Shown one piece after another: positions 10,190 to 18,794 of a stretch of 48,707 nucleotides of DNA. Source of the stretch: Candidatus Woesearchaeota archaeon (GTDB lineage Archaea > Nanobdellota > Nanobdellia > Woesearchaeales > JASKKU01); the NCBI GenBank assembly GCA_030154045.1, contig JASKKU010000003.1, positions 1 through 48,707 on the forward strand, in the 5' to 3' direction. Numbering within the stretch: the first letter of the stretch is position 1; the number at the start of each line of letters is the position of its first letter. Both the position numbers and the translations under genes were made by a program. The notes below the pieces were generated by a model. The model was not told where the DNA came from and did no database searches. It was given only the letters and a program-made list of their open reading frames with translations.

Positions 10190-10315
10190 TTAAATCCATG
10201 CATCTGAAAACTGAACATCTAAGCTTCTAGCCTTAACAGCTTCTTGGGTTATTTCTTTAATTCTCTCCAAAAAAATCCTTTCAACGAATTTTTCATCAAG
10301 ATCTTGGGCAAGCAT
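10190..10315 (-). CDS. Candidate small protein (41 aa), unknown function
   Basis: Below the ORF-track size cutoff. ATG at 10315 is preceded by GAGGTG with a 5-nt spacer. Translation: MLAQDLDEKFVERIFLERIKEITQEAVKARSLDVQFSDAWI. It lies downstream of ligT on the same strand. No family was recognised. Confidence 0.25.
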   Translation of the reverse strand: MLAQDLDEKFVERIFLERIKEITQEAVKARSLDVQFSDAWI

Positions 10316-10404
10316 TTTTTCACCTCGTTTGATTGGTTATAGAAAACATATAACCTATGTTTTTTAAAAACCTTAAACGCAGGGATGTCCAGTGTCCAAT
10401 GGAT

Positions 10405-10956
10405 TTAAATCAGGTCAAAACTGTTGATAATAGAATAAGTTGGACCTTCCCTAGAAAGCGTGCTCTTCATCAATTCAAAAGAATCAACAATCAACTTAAA
10501 AGGTTGGATTGTCTTAGGTTCGAGCATATTCAAAGCGAGATTCCTATCTTTAACATACTTAACCCTATACAAAGTTAAATGGCAAACAGGCGGCTTTTTA
10601 TCGAATTTAATATTGGCTAAAGAAAGTTTTTCATCAATACTTAAAACTAACTCAGTAAAGGGTTTGCTTTCCGCTTTGAGAAAGATTACCCTAGGCAAGC
10701 CATTATGAGAAAAGTAACCTATTTGATTAAATTCTAAGGTAAACTTCGGAACCTTAACAGTTTTAAGCTGCGAAACAACATTGTTTTTCTCATCTTCATT
10801 AATTTCCCCAAGAAACCTTAATGTAATGTGCAAGTTTTTTTCTTCAACAGGTTTTGTTTTAAGAGCTTTGTCCAAATCTTTAAATCTTTCTTTTGTAAGA
10901 GTCATAATCTCCTGTTTTAATTGTTTAGTTAGATTTATTGCCAAAAATGCTCTCAT
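10405..10956 (-). CDS. thpR: RNA 2',3'-cyclic phosphodiesterase (2H family, LigT/ThpR)
   Basis: Two HxT/S motifs (HITLRFLG and HLTLYR) at 2H-family spacing. The likely start is MRAFLAINL at 10956; the track start at 11013 adds a hydrophobic 19-aa extension. Confidence 0.8.
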   Translation of the reverse strand: MRAFLAINLTKQLKQEIMTLTKERFKDLDKALKTKPVEEKNLHITLRFLGEINEDEKNNVVSQLKTVKVPKFTLEFNQIGYFSHNGLPRVIFLKAESKPFTELVLSIDEKLSLANIKFDKKPPVCHLTLYRVKYVKDRNLALNMLEPKTIQPFKLIVDSFELMKSTLSREGPTYSIINSFDLI

Positions 10957-11085
10957 AAAAAGAAACAATGATTTAAAATATAAAAAGTTTAAGAAAAGTA
11001 AAATTCCCAACAATATTTAAGATACTTAAGATAAAGTTTAAAAAGTTTTAATTAAAAGATTAACCTATAAAGTCGCAAAAACAAT

Positions 11086-11892
11086 ATGAAGAAAAGTAAA
11101 AAAGAGAGGATATTGTATACAATTAATTCTTTTTTGGTAATTCTCTTTTTGATTTTGATATTTATATTATTGTCTGAAAAGAACCCTGAAATCTTTGATG
11201 AAGAGTTCTATGTTAAGGTAATAGATCCAGAAAATAATGAGAGTTTTTATGCTGTATGCTTTTCTTGGAGTCAATGTTTTGAAAACAATACCATGATGAG
11301 GAATTGTTATCCTATTGAAAATTTGTCACATAAACTGATACAAACCAAAGCCTGCAATTATCAAGAAGTCATACACTGTACTAACGGTATTAGGGATTTT
11401 GATGAAACCGATATAGACTGCGGCGGAAGTTGTAAAAGCTGTGAACTTTATCAAAAATGTGGAACAAATAACGACTGCAAAAGTGCGAATTGTCATCCTG
11501 TTTTAAAAGAATGTGTCAATAATGAGGAGATGCCGAATTTTTTTATCAGGATAATCTTTGCTCACCCACTATTAATGTTTATAATTTTAGTAATTTTGCC
11601 CGCATCATTACTATACCTTTGGTGGCTTAAAGCAAATCTCAGAGAGAATAAAATAAAAGCTGATAAAAGAAATAAAGAACTGCTCTCACAATTTGAAGAA
11701 TATGCAAAAAGTTTTAGAGACAATGTGAAAAATGGAAATTCCGAAGTCGCAAAAGAAATCTTCCTAGAAATAAACAGGATTCTTTCAGAGCTTAGCGATG
11801 ATGCTTTAAAGAAAGTTCTTAAAGAATATGAATCATTAAAAAAGATTTACATAAAAATAAACAGTTCAAATCGCAAGATTGAGGATAAATAA
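11086..11892 (+). CDS. Two-TM membrane protein with a Cys-rich ectodomain and a helical cytoplasmic tail
   Basis: 268 aa. TM1 about residues 12-30 and TM2 about 152-175. About 15 Cys lie between them, including CTNGIRDFDETDIDCGGSCKSC. The tail is K/E-rich. Confidence 0.6.
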   Translation: MKKSKKERILYTINSFLVILFLILIFILLSEKNPEIFDEEFYVKVIDPENNESFYAVCFSWSQCFENNTMMRNCYPIENLSHKLIQTKACNYQEVIHCTNGIRDFDETDIDCGGSCKSCELYQKCGTNNDCKSANCHPVLKECVNNEEMPNFFIRIIFAHPLLMFIILVILPASLLYLWWLKANLRENKIKADKRNKELLSQFEEYAKSFRDNVKNGNSEVAKEIFLEINRILSELSDDALKKVLKEYESLKKIYIKINSSNRKIEDK

Positions 11893-11951
11893 AAATAACT
11901 TTTTCTCAATTCAATAAATTTATTAAGCCATCGGTATTTCCCCTTACCAAG

Positions 11952-12416
11952 ATGAAAACAAATATCTTTGTTAGAGATGCTATGACAAAAAGGCCCGTAG
12001 TCGCAAGGCCAAACACATCAATTCTAGAGTGCGCAAAAATTATGAAGAAGTACAATGTAGGAAGCCTATTAATTAAAGATGATAATGACGAACTAGTAGG
12101 CATAGTTACTGAAGAAGATTTTGTACAGAGAGTCATTGCAAATAAAGTAGATGTTAATGAACCCATCCATAAGGTTATGACTAAATCAGTATTTACTATT
12201 GATGAATCTGAGGATATCTTTGACGCAATAATGAAGATGAAAGACCTAGACATAAGACATCTTCCAGTAGTCTCTGAAGATGGAAAGCTTAAAGGGCTTA
12301 TAACTATGAAGGACATACTAAGACTAGAACCTCAATTGTTTGATCTGATAGTTGACATCATTGAACTAAGAGAAGAAGAAGATAAGTTTGCAGCACTCAG
12401 AAATAAAGGACTATAA
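11952..12416 (+). CDS. CBS-domain pair protein
   Basis: 154 aa. Two CBS repeats (VRDAMTKRPV...GIVTEEDF and VMTKSVFTI...GLITMKDIL). Confidence 0.85.
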   Translation: MKTNIFVRDAMTKRPVVARPNTSILECAKIMKKYNVGSLLIKDDNDELVGIVTEEDFVQRVIANKVDVNEPIHKVMTKSVFTIDESEDIFDAIMKMKDLDIRHLPVVSEDGKLKGLITMKDILRLEPQLFDLIVDIIELREEEDKFAALRNKGL

Positions 12417-12483
12417 TCAGAATAAGAGAATCTTGAGCTGTTTTCTTTTTTGTTTTAATAATTCATTCTATGAAATTTTAGTA

Positions 12484-12837
12484 TTAAACGAGCTTTAGGT
12501 CTTTGGTTATCTCGTCAATCTTTTCTTCTTTGTCAGGACCAATCGCAAAACAAGTGACGGTTCCTGGTTCAACAACAGTCTTGCCTGCATCTTTGATCAA
12601 ACTTACAAGAAAGCCCCTTGATTTTGCTTCATTGAATTTCTTAATAAGCTCATCAAAAGAATCAACTTTCAATACAACCTTTTTCATCCCTTCATCACGC
12701 CAATCTTTAACTAAAGAAGATTCTCCCTTATTTAACAACTTGATAACATTTTCAACAGAAGCATGGGCTACTTGAACTGCCAGTTTTCCTTTAGGCAGTT
12801 TTAAATCAGACCTTATCACAATAGCTTGCTTGTACAT
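12484..12837 (-). CDS. pth2: Peptidyl-tRNA hydrolase, archaeal type (Pth2)
   Basis: KQAIVIRSDLKLPKGKLAVQVAHASV and the C-terminal IGP...ID motif are typical of Pth2. An ATG at 12837 avoids overlap with the upstream AAA gene; the track start is 12885. Confidence 0.85.
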   Translation of the reverse strand: MYKQAIVIRSDLKLPKGKLAVQVAHASVENVIKLLNKGESSLVKDWRDEGMKKVVLKVDSFDELIKKFNEAKSRGFLVSLIKDAGKTVVEPGTVTCFAIGPDKEEKIDEITKDLKLV

Positions 12838-12862
12838 ATCTCTATTAAAAGAAAGATTGTGT

Positions 12863-13738
12863 TTAAAAATCTTTTGTACGCTCAAAAGAAGCAGACATTA
12901 ATTCCTTGATGTTTATTTCCTTATTTGAATACAGTTTTCTCCTAACTGTATAAGGATCTTTAAGGATATAATCCTCAAGATTCAAATTATAATTTCTGTT
13001 TTTTATCTGAAACAAGAATTCATCGATTATTCGTTTTGTCTTTCTTGGAGTTAACTTTTTTTCATAGCACCATTGTGAGAAGAAATCAACATCTTCTTGA
13101 GATAAGTTAAGTAGTTTATAATCTAAACCATACAACTTTAAGGTTTTGTCTAACAATTCGGCATACTGTTTCTTGTTTACAAAACCATTTATGAATATTG
13201 ATTTATTTGCAATCCTGTCAATCAAAGCAGGGTCCAACTTTTCAGGAGCATTTGTGGTTGTTAGTAAAATATTATTATAGTTGTTTTCAACCAGAATTCC
13301 TTCTAAACTTTTTAACAACTCTCCCAGTATGGAGGCGTCAGTTTGGTTCTCAAAAAAAGTTCTAGAAGAAAATAAAGTATCGATTTCATCAATTACCATC
13401 ATGGTAATCTTATCAAAATTGTTAAACTTTGACAACTTTTCTCTCAGTTTTCTTTCACTCTCCCCATAGTATTTGTCTTTAAATGACGAATCTATGTAGA
13501 TTACTTCCACTGGAATGTCATATTTTGTAGAGGTTTCAAAAAAATAATCTATCAATAACCTGCATAGATAAGATTTTCCAGTTCCCGGAGGACCATACAA
13601 AAAGATTCTATTAGGGAAAGGTGCCGCGGGATTTTCTCTTAAGGAAGCATTATATAAAAAAGTAAAATCAATAATTTGTTTTAATTCATTCTTCTCAGGT
13701 TCATTGCCGATAAAGTCGTCTAAAGTTCTCCGGTTCAT
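12863..13738 (-). CDS. Stand-alone classical-clade AAA ATPase (single domain, no recognisable N-terminal adaptor domain)
   Basis: 291 aa. Walker A is LYGPPGTGKS, Walker B is MMVIDEID, sensor-1 is TTTN, and the Arg-finger region is LDPALIDR. YYGESERKLREK resembles the classical AAA yvGEsEk motif. Walker A begins at about residue 48. Confidence 0.85.
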   Translation of the reverse strand: MNRRTLDDFIGNEPEKNELKQIIDFTFLYNASLRENPAAPFPNRIFLYGPPGTGKSYLCRLLIDYFFETSTKYDIPVEVIYIDSSFKDKYYGESERKLREKLSKFNNFDKITMMVIDEIDTLFSSRTFFENQTDASILGELLKSLEGILVENNYNNILLTTTNAPEKLDPALIDRIANKSIFINGFVNKKQYAELLDKTLKLYGLDYKLLNLSQEDVDFFSQWCYEKKLTPRKTKRIIDEFLFQIKNRNYNLNLEDYILKDPYTVRRKLYSNKEINIKELMSASFERTKDF

Positions 13739-13753
13739 TTTTAAGCTTCAAAC

Positions 13754-14821
13754 CTATCCGCTCAATGAAGACAAATATTCATCATCCAAAAAGTCAATCG
13801 AATCCGAAATCAAGGATTTTATCTCTGATTCCAGATTTGGGTTCAAACCAAAGTTCTTTGATAACACATCCCTTTTAGTCATATTGCCCATGCTCTTAAC
13901 ATTCTCAAAAGATGAGTTCCACAAGGTTGTAAGTCCGCCATACAATGATTTTAAACCTTCATTCAAATAACCCATATTCTTGGTTAAATCTCTTATGTCT
14001 CCGAAAGCGTTCGTTAAACTCTTAACTGTATCGTTCATATTAAGCACATAATTCAATCCTGCCTGCGCGTTCATAACTATGTAGCTTAGCATCTTTGAGG
14101 CTAAATCCAGAATATGATACTGCTGTTCATAAAAATCAATTTTGAGTTGTTTGACTCTTCTTTCTGATTTGATGGCATAAAGATTCGTGAACACTTTTGT
14201 TTTAAGATTCCTTATGTAAAAATAGTTTGGATCGTTCTTGCTCATCTTTGCAAGCACATTTTCTAGAGTTTGATACTTTTGTTCAAGAGTTGAATTTTGT
14301 TCGGATAACCTTTGTAAGTCAACTCTAGATTCCGCAAGCGAATTTGTAAATTTATCTTTTTGCATCTCAATTTCCTTTTGCGTGTTCCATGCTTTTTTCA
14401 AAGTCCCTGAGTAAATAATACCAACCTTATCTAACTGTTTGCTGTATTCAACAATTAATTGATTCAAATCGTATTTTGAAACTTGTTTGTAATCTTTATC
14501 ATAGTATGTTTTAAGATAGGTAAAGATTCTGTCATATAACGGCGAAGTCTTGGTTCTTCGCTTAAGTTCGGATTCAAGCAGGGTTAACCTCTTTATATTG
14601 TCTTTAAGGTATCCCAAGTTCCATTTTGAAGAGATAAAGTTATACTTATCGCTCTGTCTCAGATACTCTTCAATCCTCCCGTTAATGTCATATTTATCCA
14701 ATTCTTGCTCAACATCTTGAATTAAGTCAGACAACTCCTGGTTTTTAACATCTGTTTCATTCTCAGAACTTGTAATTTTTTCAGATAGGATTTCAACCTG
14801 GGTTTTTTTAGTAGGTTTCAT
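13754..14821 (-). CDS. Hypothetical long helical/coiled-coil protein with an acidic C-terminal tail
   Basis: 355 aa, no TM. Q/E/K/L-rich helices. The tail is SLISDSIDFLDDEYLSSLSG. It lies 15 nt upstream of the AAA ATPase on the same strand. Confidence 0.6.
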   Translation of the reverse strand: MKPTKKTQVEILSEKITSSENETDVKNQELSDLIQDVEQELDKYDINGRIEEYLRQSDKYNFISSKWNLGYLKDNIKRLTLLESELKRRTKTSPLYDRIFTYLKTYYDKDYKQVSKYDLNQLIVEYSKQLDKVGIIYSGTLKKAWNTQKEIEMQKDKFTNSLAESRVDLQRLSEQNSTLEQKYQTLENVLAKMSKNDPNYFYIRNLKTKVFTNLYAIKSERRVKQLKIDFYEQQYHILDLASKMLSYIVMNAQAGLNYVLNMNDTVKSLTNAFGDIRDLTKNMGYLNEGLKSLYGGLTTLWNSSFENVKSMGNMTKRDVLSKNFGLNPNLESEIKSLISDSIDFLDDEYLSSLSG

Positions 14822-15010
14822 TTTAAGACTATTTATAGAAAGGGAGCAAAATAAATATTGTTCAAATAATTTTGAAAAGATTGCAGTAATTAGATAAAAT
14901 AATCAGAAAGTTTTTACAATAGGTTCTCTTAGAAGGCGATTTTATTCAATAGAATTGATTCAATTTTTTACAGATAAATTTTTAAATCAGAAGTATTCTC
15001 CAAACCTTGT

Positions 15011-15082
15011 GCGGCTGTGGTCTAATGGCTATGACATCGGCCTTCCAAGCCGGTTATCCGGGTTCGAATCCCGGCAGCCGCA
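15011..15082 (+). tRNA. tRNA-Gly (anticodon TCC)
   Basis: Cloverleaf read by eye. Acceptor GCGGCTG/CAGCCGC, anticodon stem TCGGC/GCCGG with loop CTTCCAA, T-arm CCGGG-TTCGAAT-CCCGG. It is a GC-rich island in an AT-rich spacer. Confidence 0.9.
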
Positions 15083-15109
15083 GCCAAACAGTCTCGGAGG
15101 AAAATAAAA

Positions 15110-15529
15110 ATGAATTTTGAAAATAAAAAAGTGTTTTGGTTTGTCATAAGTGTCGTACTTCTAATCTTTATTATTGTTGTAAACGGGAGATTAAAAACGA
15201 GTACTACAATAACTTCAAATATTGTAAGTAATAATACAAGTGGTAGCGCTTTAGAAAGGTTCGCCCAATGCTTAACTGACAAAGGAGTAAAACTTTATGG
15301 AGCATACTGGTGCCCTCATTGTAGGGAGCAGAAGGAAGCTTTTAAGGAAGGTTTAGTGAATCTAACTTATATTGAATGTTCTAACCCTGACGGGAGTCAA
15401 ACTCAAGCTTGCAGAGAAGCTGGCATTAGAGCATACCCTACTTGGATATTCCAAGATGGAAAAAGAATAGAAGGCGAACTTTCCTTACAGAAGATTAGCC
15501 AATTAAGTGGTTGCAAGTTAGAACAATAA
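15110..15529 (+). CDS. Membrane-anchored thioredoxin-fold CxxC oxidoreductase (predicted extracytoplasmic)
   Basis: 139 aa. N-terminal TM (VFWFVISVVLLIFIIVV), YGAYWCPHCREQK active site, a second Cys pair (C...C), and a cis-Pro region RAYPTW. GGAGG SD lies upstream. Confidence 0.75.
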   Translation: MNFENKKVFWFVISVVLLIFIIVVNGRLKTSTTITSNIVSNNTSGSALERFAQCLTDKGVKLYGAYWCPHCREQKEAFKEGLVNLTYIECSNPDGSQTQACREAGIRAYPTWIFQDGKRIEGELSLQKISQLSGCKLEQ

Positions 15530-15540
15530 ATTTTTTTCTG

Positions 15541-16248
15541 TTATCCTAAATAATCTAAATTTTCTTTTAGCTTTTTTTCCTGTGAAACCTCTTTTGCCTG
15601 TTTAACTAATTCTTTAAGTTGTGTTTCAAATTCCTTGGCTTTCTCATACAGAGGTTTTGTATTAACATTAAGATTTAGGATTATATCTAGACATTCAATA
15701 ATCTTTGCTGCTGCAGCACTATCAGGCAAGTTTATGTGTGTCTCTCCAAATAAACAAGTAAAGTTATGATTTTCATTTAAACTCATTAAAGCAGAAGTTA
15801 TACCAAGAATTATTCCATTTTTTAAGGGTTCGTATTTATTAGAAAGAATACCTTTAATCTCTGGGTCATTTGAATAGTATAAAACCTTTGGTTCCACGGG
15901 CTGAGGATTGTAAACACCTTCTAAACTAATTATACGTTTTGCGTTTATCTCCTTGGCCAAATCAAGAATATCTCTAGCAAGTTTCCATTCCAGACCATTA
16001 ACAGGGTTTAAACCGTAAATGAGAATAAGATTCTGGTCTTCGTTATAAAGTATCGGGACCGGTAAAAACCTTTCTCCATTTCTTATTGACACTAACGGAG
16101 GTAATTGGTCATTCAAAACCTTGCCAACCAACTTAAAGCTAAGATGGTCCACAAGAAACTCTGTTGCAATGCTTGCAACTAATCCAAAACCTGGGAAACC
16201 TTCTATAATTGTAGCGTTTGGCTTAATTTTATCAGATAACATAAACAT
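15541..16248 (-). CDS. PAC2-family protein (proteasome assembly chaperone-like)
   Basis: IIEGFPGFGLVAS near the N-terminus is typical of archaeal PAC2/COG1938 proteins. The first ATG is at 16248; the track start at 16260 is TTG. Confidence 0.65.
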   Translation of the reverse strand: MFMLSDKIKPNATIIEGFPGFGLVASIATEFLVDHLSFKLVGKVLNDQLPPLVSIRNGERFLPVPILYNEDQNLILIYGLNPVNGLEWKLARDILDLAKEINAKRIISLEGVYNPQPVEPKVLYYSNDPEIKGILSNKYEPLKNGIILGITSALMSLNENHNFTCLFGETHINLPDSAAAAKIIECLDIILNLNVNTKPLYEKAKEFETQLKELVKQAKEVSQEKKLKENLDYLG

Positions 16249-16395
16249 TTTCTCACACAAATCCTTTTATCAAAGCCGTTTTTTAAATTTTTCTCTAAAT
16301 TGTAAAGAGAATCATTTTGTAAGTTCTAGTTTTCAGAAGCAAAACAAGAAAATAAACAAATAAACACTAAAAAGTTAAGAAAATAGTTTAAAAGT

Positions 16396-16941
16396 ATGTT
16401 TCATAAATTTAACTATAAAATGAACATCAAAGAGAACTTAATAAAAATGATAGACCTTTCAAAAGTCTCTTTGGATTTAGCGTATCTTTCTTTGATTGAA
16501 GATAATAAACTGTTAGATAAAGAGATTGAAAAAATTAAGAACGAAATTGAAACATTAAAGTTTGAAACTGAAAAACTAGTGTTTAAAGTAACTGACAAAA
16601 CTGAAAGAAAAATCTCAATCCTTGATTTGTTGGATTATATCAAAGAGGTAAGCGAAACTTCGCAAAAGATTATTAGTATTAAAGAAAAAGAAGTTCATCC
16701 CATCCTAAAAGAGGTATTGGATGAGATTTCTGAAAAGATAATACAAATTAAAGTTCCAAAAGATAATGTAATTTCCACTCAGAAATTAACTAAAGAATTT
16801 GGAATTAAAATATTAATGGTAAAACGGGGAAAAGACATATTTCTTCCTTTTAGGAGGAATGTATTGTTAAAGAAAAATGATTCATTGACGATAATCGGGA
16901 GTGATTTTGATAAAGATGTCATCACAAGAATCTTCGAGTAA
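16396..16941 (+). CDS. Regulatory protein with a helical (PhoU-like) N-domain and a TrkA-C/RCK-C-like C-domain
   Basis: 181 aa. The C-terminal part (KILMVKRGKDIFLP...LKKNDSLTIIGSDFD) resembles the TrkA-C fold. It overlaps the following transporter gene. Confidence 0.55.
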   Translation: MFHKFNYKMNIKENLIKMIDLSKVSLDLAYLSLIEDNKLLDKEIEKIKNEIETLKFETEKLVFKVTDKTERKISILDLLDYIKEVSETSQKIISIKEKEVHPILKEVLDEISEKIIQIKVPKDNVISTQKLTKEFGIKILMVKRGKDIFLPFRRNVLLKKNDSLTIIGSDFDKDVITRIFE

Positions 16942-17485
16942 TTCTGAATTAAAAGAGATTTTGCTTTCTGGAAGAATTTCAATATTAATTGACATATTAA
17001 ACGGCAGTGTAATCACCCTTTTTAGAGAGGTTCTGATGAGTGTTCCTGGCGTTTTCATTTTAATTCCAGGCTTTATTCAGTTAAGAGGTAGTATATACAG
17101 CATCTTATCTTCAAACATTTCATCTGAAATTGCGCTTGGCAACATAAAAATTAAAGACGGAAAGTTATCAAATACTAAGCGTTTAATAAAAGAACTGACC
17201 AAAACAAGCATTACTTCTATAGTCATAAGCACTTTTCTTGGCATTTTTAGTTACTTTGCATTGCTTTTCACCCTTAAAATTGCTTATCCTTTAATAATCC
17301 CCATTGCTATCGTAGGTTCAATAATCTCATCTTTATTTTTATCAATCTTCATGTATTTTCTTATTTTAAAAGCAATTAAGAAAGGACTTGATTTAGATAT
17401 AATTAGTGGCCCAATAATAACCTCTCTCTCAGATTTAATTGGTACATCTTGCTTATTCATTACAGCATTGCTGTTTATAATTTAG
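16916..17485 (+). CDS. MgtE-like divalent-cation transporter membrane domain protein (half 1)
   Basis: PGVFILIPGFIQLRGSIYSILSS resembles the MgtE TM-domain signature. About 5 TM spans. ATG at 16916 overlaps the upstream stop region. Confidence 0.6.
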   Translation: MSSQESSSNSELKEILLSGRISILIDILNGSVITLFREVLMSVPGVFILIPGFIQLRGSIYSILSSNISSEIALGNIKIKDGKLSNTKRLIKELTKTSITSIVISTFLGIFSYFALLFTLKIAYPLIIPIAIVGSIISSLFLSIFMYFLILKAIKKGLDLDIISGPIITSLSDLIGTSCLFITALLFII

Positions 17486-17489
17486 AAAA

Positions 17490-18080
17490 ATGATTTCAAA
17501 ATTTCAAAACAAAAATAGAATTCAGTCAAAAACTAAGAATTACATCCTAAGCTTGTTTGTACTATTGATAACCTCAATAATTAGCAGTTTAGGCGGCCTA
17601 AGTTTTCAAGGTATTGAATCAATAATCACTAAAGTACTCCCTATAATTGTTATTTTTCCATCCTTGAATGATTTAATGGGAAACTTTGCAATAGTGTTCT
17701 CATCAAAATTCAGCACATGGCTTTATGAAGGAAAAATTAAAGAGAAATACGCTTTTGACAACAAGGAAATGAAAAGATTGTTAAGAGAGATATCCATTGC
17801 TGGATTTCAGTTTTCTGCAATAATCTCCTTTTTAGGTATATTCATAAGCGCAATAGTAGAGCATCAGCTTAACATAGTTTCAAGTTTAAAAGTTTTCTTA
17901 ATATCTGTAGCTGTTGTTGAGATATTGATACTTTTTCTGTTCATAATTATTTCTGTTTTAGGTTTATATCTCTTTAAAAAGAATAAAGACCCTGACGAAA
18001 TATTGATACCTTTGTCTACATCATTAGCGGATTTTCTGACAATGGTTTATGTCGCTAGTTTTGTATTGTTGTTGTTTTGA
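17490..18080 (+). CDS. MgtE-like divalent-cation transporter membrane domain protein (half 2)
   Basis: 196 aa. VIFPSLNDLMGNFAIVFSSKFST is the equivalent motif to the preceding gene. A 4-nt spacer separates it from half 1. Confidence 0.6.
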   Translation: MISKFQNKNRIQSKTKNYILSLFVLLITSIISSLGGLSFQGIESIITKVLPIIVIFPSLNDLMGNFAIVFSSKFSTWLYEGKIKEKYAFDNKEMKRLLREISIAGFQFSAIISFLGIFISAIVEHQLNIVSSLKVFLISVAVVEILILFLFIIISVLGLYLFKKNKDPDEILIPLSTSLADFLTMVYVASFVLLLF

Positions 18081-18154
18081 GATAAAATAAAAGTAATAAA
18101 AACTTTGAAATTAAATAAAATTTAAAAACCCTTGCTAGTTTATACTTCCTTCAA

Positions 18155-18772
18155 ATGAAAAAGAAAAGTAAAAAAAATCTGAGTGAGGAAGCTCGCAAAA
18201 AAAGGTTGCAGATTATTTGGGGAGTTTTTATCTCAATAATGTTCGTATTAAGTTCATTGAGCATATGGGTCTCGAATAGCAGCAATAATAATTCTTTAAA
18301 TTCATTTAAATACAATGGATACACCTTTCAATACTCTCAAAACAAGATAACTACTCAGATTAATGGCGCAACGTTACAGTTTTTTACTACACCTTTTGAT
18401 GCTGAAAATATGAATATTCCGAATGAAGCTCTTAATAAAATGTTTAATGCCAAGAAGGTTACGATTAGCATAGACCCGAACTCAAATTATAAAGAGGCAT
18501 TAGGTTTAGCAGCGTTTTATTTACAGACTGATTTTTTAAGTGTTGGTAAAAATGCAGAGTTCGGAGCCATTAGTCAAAACTCGTTTAATTATTCCATCGT
18601 TACTTGCAAAGATGCAACCTCTGATAACTTTGTAATAGAATTAGTTGATGGAAATGATACCAAAATTGACGAAGAGTCGTATTGTTTAAAATTAATCTCA
18701 AGCCAACCATACGGTCATATCATTTTAAGGGATGCTTTAGCATATAGAATTTATGGCATTATCAGGCAATAA
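18155..18772 (+). CDS. Bitopic surface protein, paralog A (unknown family)
   Basis: 205 aa. Basic N-terminus, one TM, then an ectodomain with FKYNGYTFQ, VTCKDAT, SYCLKL and a C-terminal YRIYGIIRQ. Confidence 0.6.
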   Translation: MKKKSKKNLSEEARKKRLQIIWGVFISIMFVLSSLSIWVSNSSNNNSLNSFKYNGYTFQYSQNKITTQINGATLQFFTTPFDAENMNIPNEALNKMFNAKKVTISIDPNSNYKEALGLAAFYLQTDFLSVGKNAEFGAISQNSFNYSIVTCKDATSDNFVIELVDGNDTKIDEESYCLKLISSQPYGHIILRDALAYRIYGIIRQ

Positions 18773-18794
18773 AAGTTTATTATAAACTCTGAAG

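Noticed and set aside
10957-11013. Longer start for the LigT/ThpR gene
   Set aside because: The extra 19 residues (MLGILLFLNFLYFKSLFLF) are hydrophobic and absent from 2H phosphoesterases. Homology begins at MRAFLAINL.
12863-13738. Vps4/CdvC identity for the AAA ATPase
   Set aside because: There is no room for an MIT domain (Walker A at about residue 48), and no Snf7-like gene was recognisable by eye. Only the generic classical-AAA call is supported.
15022-15282. 86-aa minus-strand ORF
   Set aside because: It overlaps tRNA-Gly and is antisense to the thioredoxin-fold gene. Its C-terminal AAAAGIRTRITGLEGR is tRNA sequence read as protein.
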